NCBI GenBank assembly: GCA_016188065.1
Contig: JACPIN010000020.1
Coordinates: forward strand, 764-64,763
DNA from: Candidatus Woesearchaeota archaeon
GTDB taxonomy: Archaea; Nanobdellota; Nanobdellia; SCGC-AAA011-G17; ARS1403
DNA: 64,000 nt
Reading direction: 5' to 3'
The position numbers were made by a program, and so were the translations under genes. Below the pieces are notes generated by a model. That model was not told the origin of the DNA. It made no database searches and saw nothing but the letters and a program-made list of their open reading frames with translations. Shown here piece by piece: positions 56,803 through 64,000 of this stretch (the stretch's first letter is position 1; the number at the start of each line of letters is the position of its first letter).

Positions 56803-58104
56803 ATGAAGATCGTGTTCCTTGAGGTGGAATCTGACAAGAAGATTTATAGGGATTATAACGGCGGATATGGAACTAGCTTTAATGCAGGTAAATCCCTTCT
56901 TGGAAAATTTTTAACAGGCTTGAGAACAACTAAAGAATATTTTCCTTACATGCCTTATGCCTATGGTGCAACCGTAATGAAGAAAAATGGGCACGAGGTT
57001 TCCATTTCTACAAATAAAACTGATGATGCTGATTTAGTTATAATGCATGCTTCTATGCCAAATCACAGCCATGAAATGAAATACTTGAAAGCGTTGAATG
57101 AAGAAGGAATTAAGGTTGGAATCATTGGACCTTTTGCCGGGATGAAGCCTGAACTTTTTGAAGATGCTGAGTTTATTATTAAGGGCGATGTTGAAAATAT
57201 TCTGGGAGGAATAAAAAAAGAGAAAGATATCCCTCATGGATTAGTCAGCTCTTCTGTCTCTAATCTAGATGAACTTCCATATCCTGACTGGAGCCTGTTT
57301 CCCGTTGAAAAATTTTCTTATAGCCCGATTATTACAAAGAAGCCATTTACTTTTGTCCTGTCAAGCAGAGGATGCACTTACGGCTGCAATTACTGCCCAT
57401 ATATTTCTGAATCTAACCTCGGAAGCAAATATCGGATGAGAAGCGTTGAAAACGTAATCGGTGAATTGAAACACTTGAAAGAAAAATTTGGCATTAAAGG
57501 AATACAGTTTAGAGATCCTTTATTTACATTAATTAAAAAAAGAACTGAAGATTTGTGCAGAGCAATTATTAAAGAAAATCTTGGAATTGAGTTTGGCTGT
57601 GAAACTAGGCTTGATAGGGTTGATGAAAATCTGCTGGATTTGATGCATGAAGCTGGATTTAGAGCTTTGAAAGTTGGGATCGAATCTGCTGATCTTGAAG
57701 TTTTAAGGAAAAGCAAAAGAATGCCAATAGCTTTGGAGCACCAAGAGAGAATGATTAAGCATTGTGACAACATTGGAATGAAAGTTGTTGGCTTCTATGT
57801 TATTGGACTGGAGAATGATACCGAGGAGACAGTAAAAGCCACTTTAAAATATTCTAAAAAATTGAATACTGATTTTGCTAACTTTACTATCTGCACCCCA
57901 ATTCCCGGGACTGAGTTTTATGATACTGTAAAAGATAGGATTAATACAGAGGATTATGACTTATTTGACAACTTCCATGTCACTTTTGACCATCCAAACA
58001 TTCCTAAGGAAAAAATAATCAAATATCAGGAAAAAGCATTAGTCGGATATTATTTAAGGCCGAGATATTTTTATAAATATTTTACAAAGACAATATTTAC
58101 ATGA
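56803..58104 (+). CDS. B12-binding (class B) radical SAM protein
   Basis: MKIVFLEV... cobalamin-domain start, then SSRGCTYGCNYCPY (CxxxCxxC). The ORF-track start at 56710 overlaps the divergent GT gene. Confidence 0.7.
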   Translation: MKIVFLEVESDKKIYRDYNGGYGTSFNAGKSLLGKFLTGLRTTKEYFPYMPYAYGATVMKKNGHEVSISTNKTDDADLVIMHASMPNHSHEMKYLKALNEEGIKVGIIGPFAGMKPELFEDAEFIIKGDVENILGGIKKEKDIPHGLVSSSVSNLDELPYPDWSLFPVEKFSYSPIITKKPFTFVLSSRGCTYGCNYCPYISESNLGSKYRMRSVENVIGELKHLKEKFGIKGIQFRDPLFTLIKKRTEDLCRAIIKENLGIEFGCETRLDRVDENLLDLMHEAGFRALKVGIESADLEVLRKSKRMPIALEHQERMIKHCDNIGMKVVGFYVIGLENDTEETVKATLKYSKKLNTDFANFTICTPIPGTEFYDTVKDRINTEDYDLFDNFHVTFDHPNIPKEKIIKYQEKALVGYYLRPRYFYKYFTKTIFT

Positions 58105-58892
58105 AAATTTTAGTTACTGGAGCTACTGGCTTTGTCGGAAAAAATTTAATGAAAAGATTAGAAAGATATGATGCAAATATTTTATCCAGAAAAGAAACTT
58201 CCATTAATAAAGCAAATATTTTCATCGGAGACTTGTTTGACAAGAAAATTCTGCTAGAAGCCAGCAAGGTTGATGCTGTAATACATTTAGCAGGAATTAC
58301 TAAAGGCGATGTCTTTAAGGCAAATTATGAAGGGACAAAAAACCTTGTTGATGCATGCATCGAAAACAAAGTTAAGAAGTTCATTTTTGTAAGCTCATTT
58401 AATGCTGTTCTAAATACAGATTATGGAAAATCCAAATTAAAGGCAGAGGAATATGTAAAAAATTCAGGACTGGCTTATATTATTTTCAGGCCAACGGTAA
58501 TATACGGAAGGGATAATAAAAAAGACATTGGTAAATTGATAAGGCTAATTAAACTTGGTTTTGCTCCTGTTCCTGGAGACGGAAAGTCAAAACTGCAGCC
58601 AATATTTGTCGAAGACTTAACTGCAATCATCACTAAATCCATTGAGAGCAAAATAAAGAACAAGGTTTATTTTGTTATGGGAGGAGATGCATTGACTTTT
58701 AATGAAATTGTTGAGATAATCCTTAAACGCTTAAATAAAAAAGCTGTCAGGATAAAAATTCCCAGATTATTAGTAAATTTAATTGACAAGACCCTGTTGG
58801 TAGACAAGGTATGCAGCGACAATGAAGTTGAGAAAGATTTTAAATTCCGCGCTAGAAAATTTGAAGATGGGATAAGAGAGATTATTCCATGA
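58101..58892 (+). CDS. NAD-dependent epimerase/dehydratase (SDR)
   Basis: MKILVTGATGFVGKNL and YGKSKLKAE. ATGA-coupled to the rSAM gene. Confidence 0.7.
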   Translation: MKILVTGATGFVGKNLMKRLERYDANILSRKETSINKANIFIGDLFDKKILLEASKVDAVIHLAGITKGDVFKANYEGTKNLVDACIENKVKKFIFVSSFNAVLNTDYGKSKLKAEEYVKNSGLAYIIFRPTVIYGRDNKKDIGKLIRLIKLGFAPVPGDGKSKLQPIFVEDLTAIITKSIESKIKNKVYFVMGGDALTFNEIVEIILKRLNKKAVRIKIPRLLVNLIDKTLLVDKVCSDNEVEKDFKFRARKFEDGIREIIP

Positions 58893-59454
58893 CCTCTATA
58901 ATCTCGTAAATAAAACGGTCTGCTGCCCGATTAATGTCCTCTTCTGTCGCTCCCTGTATGATTATGCAGTTGCCCTCTAACTTTATTTCTGTCTTTTCTC
59001 CCAATTTTAAGACAGCTACATTCAAATCTTTTTGAACATCGCTGCAATCAATAACATAAGTTCCATTGTTTGCAAACTCTGTTGTTGCACCTATTACTTG
59101 AATCCCATACAAGCCAAGCCTTCTTCCTAAAATATTTGCTATGTCTATCGCCCCTAAAACTGCCCTTGATGTTAGATTTGGATCTATAGTTGTTGCAAGT
59201 GCTGGCTTTGATAAAACTAAATCCCGGATTCTATCATCTACGGTTATGTTTTCCAGTGTTTTTGGATCATGCCGTAACTGCAATAAATATGGCTGCTCTC
59301 CCTTGTATGCCCATGTAACCCAGCCTGTCGGGCTTTTCTGCAATTTGAAATTATTATATTCGTATTCATTCGGATTTTTTATTATGACTAAAGGCGACAA
59401 TGCGGCCAGGGCTAGAACAACTGCTACGATTATCATTATATTTCTTTCTTTCAT
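58882..59454 (-). CDS. secreted/membrane-anchored protein of unknown function (paralog A)
   Basis: N-terminal TM/signal. Shares KF...GW.T.AYKGE and C-terminal GNCIIIQGATEEDI with the next ORF. Confidence 0.4.
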   Translation of the reverse strand: MKERNIMIIVAVVLALAALSPLVIIKNPNEYEYNNFKLQKSPTGWVTWAYKGEQPYLLQLRHDPKTLENITVDDRIRDLVLSKPALATTIDPNLTSRAVLGAIDIANILGRRLGLYGIQVIGATTEFANNGTYVIDCSDVQKDLNVAVLKLGEKTEIKLEGNCIIIQGATEEDINRAADRFIYEIIEVME

Positions 59455-60002
59455 TTTATACTGTGCAGGCTTAAAACTAGAGCATCTACCTGCTGCGTTA
59501 TTAGGTGCGTCGGCCCTTGAATTAAAAGGCAGTTATTGTTGAATGTTGTTTCCTGGCTTTCTGACAACTGTGCCTGAATCACAATTGCTTCCTGACCAGC
59601 ATCTTTGCAAGCTTTCAATGGGAGGCTAACACATGCTTCAGAGTCTTCAATGCAAGAGATTATCACATTGTTCAGATATGGAAAGATATTGTTTTGTATC
59701 GAGAATAAAGCTTGCTGCGGGAGCTGATTTTTTGGATTTGAACTGAAATAAATTTTATTGGCTTTATTTAAATCTGTAAAAGTGATATCCGGAACTTGCT
59801 GATATTGAAGCAAATCTGGCTGCGTTGGGATTATGATCTGCTTGTTGTCTTTGTAAGTAATCCAGCCACCTTGATAAGGGGTAAATTTTTGTTTGCGAAA
59901 TTTTATATTTTCTGAATCGGTAGTATATTGGATAGCGATTCCCAAAACACTAAGTATCATAATTGATGCAATAAATATTGACATGAAATGTTTCTTGTTC
60001 AT
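59451..60002 (-). CDS. secreted/membrane-anchored protein of unknown function (paralog B)
   Basis: N-terminal TM/signal. NNCLLIQGPTHLIT aligns with paralog A. Confidence 0.4.
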   Translation of the reverse strand: MNKKHFMSIFIASIMILSVLGIAIQYTTDSENIKFRKQKFTPYQGGWITYKDNKQIIIPTQPDLLQYQQVPDITFTDLNKANKIYFSSNPKNQLPQQALFSIQNNIFPYLNNVIISCIEDSEACVSLPLKACKDAGQEAIVIQAQLSESQETTFNNNCLLIQGPTHLITQQVDALVLSLHSIK

Positions 60003-60021
60003 TTTTTTATTCCTCAGTATA

Positions 60022-60111
60022 TAGCCCCACCAGGATTCGAACCTGGGTCAATGGCTTGCTTCACACCCTTATTCCAAAGGCCACTATCTTTGACCGCTAG
60101 ACCATGGGGCT
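60022..60111 (-). tRNA. tRNA-Gln (anticodon UUG) with a 17-nt intron at the canonical 37/38 position
   Basis: Acceptor AGCCCCA/TGGGGCT, anticodon stem GTGGC/GCCAT, loop CTTTGG+A, T-arm CCAGG-TTCGAAT-CCTGG. The 90-nt length implies an intron. Confidence 0.65.
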
Positions 60112-60148
60112 ATAAAAGAATTATTAGAAAGCGGTTTTAAAAAGATTG

Positions 60149-60897
60149 TTATTCGCTTAATTTTCTTACTGTTTCAATTAATAGTTTCTTAACATTATTT
60201 GCATTCTGCTCGAACACTTTTAGAATTTCTTCCCATGTAACGGGGATTTCCTCCTCTTTCCATGAATCGAAATCAGTTGCCATGGCAATGGCCGCATAGG
60301 GAATTCCTGCTTCATTTGCTAAGATACATTCAGGTGCTATTGACATGTTTATTACATCTGCCCCCAAGATCTAAACATATGCGATTCTGCTCTTGTTGAA
60401 AACCTTGGACCTTCAATTGTAATCACGGTTCCATTTTCATGTGTTTTATACCCTAGCTTTTTAGAGGATTCAATTAGAACTTTTCTTAATTTTTCATCAA
60501 AAGGAGCCACCATCGGAGTATGTTTAATTCCATTACTGAAATCGCCGTGAAAGGTTATACTTCTATGTTTCGTGAAATCTATAAACTGATCAAGAATAAC
60601 AAAATTTCCTCTTCCGATTTCTTCTCTTAGTGAGCCACAGGCTGTTGTTGCTAAAATGCAATCTACTTTTTGATCTTTTAATGCTTGTATGTTTGCTCTG
60701 TAATTAACTTGTGTTGGAGATAAAACATGTCCTTTACCATGCCTTGCTAAGATTATAACTTCTATATCGTTTATTTTCCCTATAGTTAATTTTGAACTTG
60801 GTTTCCCAAATTTTGTTTCAACCTCAATCTCCTTAAAATCTTGAAGAAGTTTCGGATCATCAAGCCCGCTTCCACCAATAATTCCAACCTTTGCCAT
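60149..60897 (-). CDS. mtnP: S-methyl-5'-thioadenosine / purine nucleoside phosphorylase, split by a frameshift in a C5/G5 run at 60361-60365
   Basis: MAKVGIIGGSGLDDP N-terminus. ...FRSWG in one frame and ADVINMSIAPE in the next reconstitute the MTAP SWGADVINM motif if one G is added. Confidence 0.7.
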
Positions 60898-60986
60898 AAT
60901 TCTATTTGTTAAGTAAAAGTTATAAGAATTTCTGAATTAGAAAGATTATTTTCTTTATATCTTTTTGAATTCTATTTTTAATCATC

Positions 60987-61901
60987 TTATGCCTTCAAAT
61001 ACTTACCTTTAATGTAGTTAACAAAAGGCCTTTCTTTCTTTTCTATTTGATATCCATCTAGCACATCATAATACTCTTCTAAATCTTCAATAGGGATGTC
61101 TACAAGAGGATATTCTCTTTTCCATAAAACCCAATTCATCAAAAGCCTTGCCAATCTTGAATTTCCATCTACGAAAGGCTGTATTGAAGCTATTTTTAAA
61201 TGGATTAATGCTGCCAATTCAAGAGTATGAAACCTTCTATTTTCAGACTTGTACCATTTAAAGAAACTACCTAATTCTTTCTTAGCATCCTGCCATTTTG
61301 GGGGGGTGTAAACCGTTCCAGCAATTTTCACATTTCTCCTAATCTCATACCTTAATTTTCCAGCAGTAGGGTCATCTACCCCCGCAAAAAGAATGTTGTG
61401 CATTTTTTTAATAAAATGAATATCAAACTTTCCTTTATATTTAGTTATGGCAATAATGCATTTTTCATGATTTTCCAGTTCTTTTGCAACAATTAGGTTC
61501 TTAAATCCCTTAGGGACAATCCCCTTTTCTAGGATTAAATATGTCTGTCTTAGTGTAATGTCAAGCCCGGATAATTTACTGCTATCATAAGTATATCTAA
61601 CAATGAATTCCTCCATCTTTTTCTTTCTTTCAAGTTTGCTTAATTTATTTGTTTCTTTTCTGTATTCTTCTTTTTTCTTCTCTATTTTTTCAATATCCTC
61701 AAAGGAGAAATATTTGTATCTGTCTCCTTTTATTTCCTTAAGAAATTCTTTTTTCAAATGTTCAAGTCTAGCTTTAGGAGGAAGATTTTTGCCGAGGTAT
61801 TTAGTTCTTTGAATAACTTTTTTTCCTTCTCTTACCGAATGCACTAACACCCAGTATTCTTTATTTTTACTTTTAACTTTCCTCAATATTACCATTATCA
61901 T
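60987..61901 (-). CDS. Fic/DOC-family protein
   Basis: QPFVDGNSRLARLL matches the Fic motif HPFx[DE]GNGRxxR. Confidence 0.7.
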   Translation of the reverse strand: MIMVILRKVKSKNKEYWVLVHSVREGKKVIQRTKYLGKNLPPKARLEHLKKEFLKEIKGDRYKYFSFEDIEKIEKKKEEYRKETNKLSKLERKKKMEEFIVRYTYDSSKLSGLDITLRQTYLILEKGIVPKGFKNLIVAKELENHEKCIIAITKYKGKFDIHFIKKMHNILFAGVDDPTAGKLRYEIRRNVKIAGTVYTPPKWQDAKKELGSFFKWYKSENRRFHTLELAALIHLKIASIQPFVDGNSRLARLLMNWVLWKREYPLVDIPIEDLEEYYDVLDGYQIEKKERPFVNYIKGKYLKA

Positions 61902-61952
61902 AAGTTGTCACTACACTTATTTAAGCTTTGTGGTTGTCACTACATTATAGAA

Positions 61953-62537
61953 TTATTTTCTTTCCTTATACCTTCCCCTGCTTTCAACTTTTTCCAATCT
62001 CTTTAATACATCTTTGTGTTTGTAATGCTTTAGAATCTTATTGTGAGATTCCGGGAAGGATTTATAATGTTTTGATTCTAATGCCTGTTTTAATAATCTC
62101 AAGTCTACGGCTTTATCCTCTAACTTGTTTGAAAAAAACCCCAATCCAAAGTCTATGAAATAAATTTTATTATCTTTTAAAATTAAATTTGAAGTGGTTA
62201 GATCTCCATGAACGATGTCTTGAGAGTGTAATTCTGAAATTTCTTCTGCTAAATTTTTACATAGTTTCAACCTTTCTCTTTCTTTTAAACCATCAAAAAT
62301 ATTCTTCAACAAATCTCCTTCGAGGTACTCCATCTCAATCTTCATATCATTTACATTTAGGACTTTAGGAACATTAACTTTTGCTTTGTCCAATAATTTA
62401 GCTTCGCTTTTTGTTCTTAACTTGCGAATTTTCTCATCGATTTCTTTTATCCTGTAAGATTTCTTGATTCTGTGCTTTATTATTCTGTCTTTATCCAGAA
62501 ATATTATTGATTCTGCGCCTTGCTTTAGGATTTTCAT
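61953..62537 (-). CDS. bud32: Kae1-associated Ser/Thr kinase Bud32 (KEOPS subunit)
   Basis: Small kinase of about 190 aa with IVHGDLTTSNLIL and YFIDFGL catalytic motifs. Confidence 0.7.
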   Translation of the reverse strand: MKILKQGAESIIFLDKDRIIKHRIKKSYRIKEIDEKIRKLRTKSEAKLLDKAKVNVPKVLNVNDMKIEMEYLEGDLLKNIFDGLKERERLKLCKNLAEEISELHSQDIVHGDLTTSNLILKDNKIYFIDFGLGFFSNKLEDKAVDLRLLKQALESKHYKSFPESHNKILKHYKHKDVLKRLEKVESRGRYKERK

Positions 62538-62588
62538 AGATTGATGCTATATGGATATATTTTTAAAAGTTTATTGTATGGGCTTTTC

Positions 62589-63488
62589 ATGAGAACCTTG
62601 GTTACTGGCGGTACTGGATTTATCGGGAGCAATATTGCTCTTGAATTGATTAAGCAAGGACATGAAGTCTTAATTACTGGAAATGATTCTGAGGGACAGG
62701 TAAAAGGGGTCAAGAAATATTTACAGCCCAGCTTTGTGGGCTTGGATTTTGATTCTATCGGAAAAATAGACATTTTATTCCATCAAGCTGCGATAAACAA
62801 CACTACCAATTTAGATAGGACGGAAATGTTTAGGGCTAATGTTGATTCTTCAAAGAAATTATTTGAATATGTTATCAAAAATGGATGCAAACAAATAGTA
62901 TATGCCAGTTCAACTGCTATATATGGAAATTCCCCTGCTCCTTATAAAGAAAATGAGACAGAATTAGATCCTTTAAACCCTTATGCAGAATCCAAAATCG
63001 CATTAGAAAATGTTGCTAAAGATCTTAATGAAAAACATCCGGAGGTTATATTTGTTGGATTGAGATATTGCAATGTTTATGGTCCTGGTGAAAATATAAA
63101 AGGAAAAAGGGCGACGATGATTTATCAACTGGCCCAACAAATCCTAAAAGGGAGCCCTAAAATTTTCAGACATGGAGAGCAAAAGAGGGATTATATTTAT
63201 GTAAAGGATGTTGTCAAAGCAAATTTACTTGCTGCAAAAGCAAAGGAAAGCTGCGTCGTTAACTGCGGTTTTGGAAAGGCGACTACCTTTAATGATCTTA
63301 TTAAAATTCTGAATGAAGTTTTGAATTTAAACAGGAAAACAGAATACATTGAAAACCCTTATGTTGGAAGATATCAGGATTATACCCAATGCGACATGTC
63401 TTTAGCTAAAGAAAGACTGAATTTCGTTCCAGAATTTGATATTGAAAAAGGCATTAGAGATTATTACGAATCTGGAAACTTAGTCTAA
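62589..63488 (+). CDS. NAD-dependent sugar epimerase (HldD/UDP-glucose 4-epimerase family)
   Basis: LVTGGTGFIGSNIALEL and YAESKIALE. Met 62589 preferred over the ORF-track start at 62541. Confidence 0.65.
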   Translation: MRTLVTGGTGFIGSNIALELIKQGHEVLITGNDSEGQVKGVKKYLQPSFVGLDFDSIGKIDILFHQAAINNTTNLDRTEMFRANVDSSKKLFEYVIKNGCKQIVYASSTAIYGNSPAPYKENETELDPLNPYAESKIALENVAKDLNEKHPEVIFVGLRYCNVYGPGENIKGKRATMIYQLAQQILKGSPKIFRHGEQKRDYIYVKDVVKANLLAAKAKESCVVNCGFGKATTFNDLIKILNEVLNLNRKTEYIENPYVGRYQDYTQCDMSLAKERLNFVPEFDIEKGIRDYYESGNLV

Positions 63489-64000
63489 GGGTTTTCTTCA
63501 ATGATTCTTGCTGCTTCTAATAAATCTGATGCAGTAAAATCTGGTTTAACGTTGTCTTTTCCATCTTTCCCGGCTTTACCAGTTAAAACTAAAATCGTTT
63601 TTGTGCCAGCATTTCGGCCGCATTTAATATCAGAAGTTGAATCTCCTATAAAAAAAGAATTCTTCATGTCAATTCTCCCCCCGTAGTAAAGTTGTGCTCT
63701 TTCAATTAGCCCAATTTTAGGTTTCCTGCATTCACAATTCTCTGCTACTGTATGCGGACAGAAATATATTTTATCTATCTGAATTATTTGTTGAGAAAGT
63801 TGTTTAAACATGTGCAGATTTACTTTAAAAAAATCTTCTTTTGTGAAATATCCTAATCCTATGCCTGGCTGGTTTGTTACTATCATTAATTTGCATCCTA
63901 GACTTTGCATCTTTTTCATTCCTTCTAATGCATTTGGTGTAAACTTGAACTGATCCGGGCTATGCAGATATTCTACTTCCTCATTTATTGTCCCGTCTCT
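63485..64000 (-). CDS. HAD-IIIA phosphatase, D,D-heptose 1,7-bisphosphate phosphatase (GmhB)-like, 5' partial
   Basis: IVTNQPGIGLGYF, CPH...CECRKPK and IGDSTSDI match GmhB and histidinol-phosphatase-like enzymes. The frame stays open to the window end (RDGTINE upstream). Confidence 0.65.
   Translation of the reverse strand, partial: RDGTINEEVEYLHSPDQFKFTPNALEGMKKMQSLGCKLMIVTNQPGIGLGYFTKEDFFKVNLHMFKQLSQQIIQIDKIYFCPHTVAENCECRKPKIGLIERAQLYYGGRIDMKNSFFIGDSTSDIKCGRNAGTKTILVLTGKAGKDGKDNVKPDFTASDLLEAARIIEENP

Noticed and set aside
1-64000. CRISPR arrays, integrases, transposases or prophage blocks
   Set aside because: No regularly spaced direct repeats or recognisable recombinase or transposase motifs were found in any frame.

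Overview
This 64-kb window is AT-rich archaeal DNA. The lineage evidence is ribosomal proteins S3Ae and S15/S13e-type, a standalone Bud32 kinase, three tRNAs of which two carry introns, a DHH/RecJ-like protein, and Shine-Dalgarno plus TATA-box promoters. Almost the whole window is one large cell-surface glycosylation island: many GT-A, GT-B and GT-C glycosyltransferases, sugar-nucleotide enzymes, four cobalamin radical-SAM enzymes, two SPASM radical-SAM enzymes, a Wzx-type flippase, and two heavily sequon-decorated or S-layer-type secreted proteins. Translational coupling by ATGA overlaps is frequent. Inside the island sits a compact phosphonate biosynthetic cluster. It has a Fom1-type cytidylyltransferase-PEP mutase fusion, phosphonopyruvate decarboxylase, a group-III iron alcohol dehydrogenase, two paralogous TauD-family Fe/2OG dioxygenases, a LicC-type nucleotidyltransferase and an HxlR-type regulator. 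An unusual four-gene operon lies just upstream (GHMP kinase, CysK/SbnA-like PLP enzyme, ATP-grasp ligase, argininosuccinate-lyase-like lyase). So do an AsnB-like amidotransferase lacking its Cys1 nucleophile and a frameshifted CDP-alcohol phosphatidyltransferase. Other modules are a mycobacterial DPA-like lipid-linked pentose set (UbiA-type phosphoribosyltransferase, PAP2 phosphatase, SDRs, GT-C proteins), six paralogous small GT-A enzymes with gene-conversion tracts, a GDP-mannose dehydratase plus sugar C-methyltransferase pair, a RelA/SpoT-domain protein next to a periodic GCATGC operator array, and Fic, disrupted-PIN and RHH genes beside tRNA loci. Three frameshifts all fall in homopolymer runs, plus one in-frame TAA in a radical-SAM gene, so some apparent pseudogenes may be sequencing artefacts.
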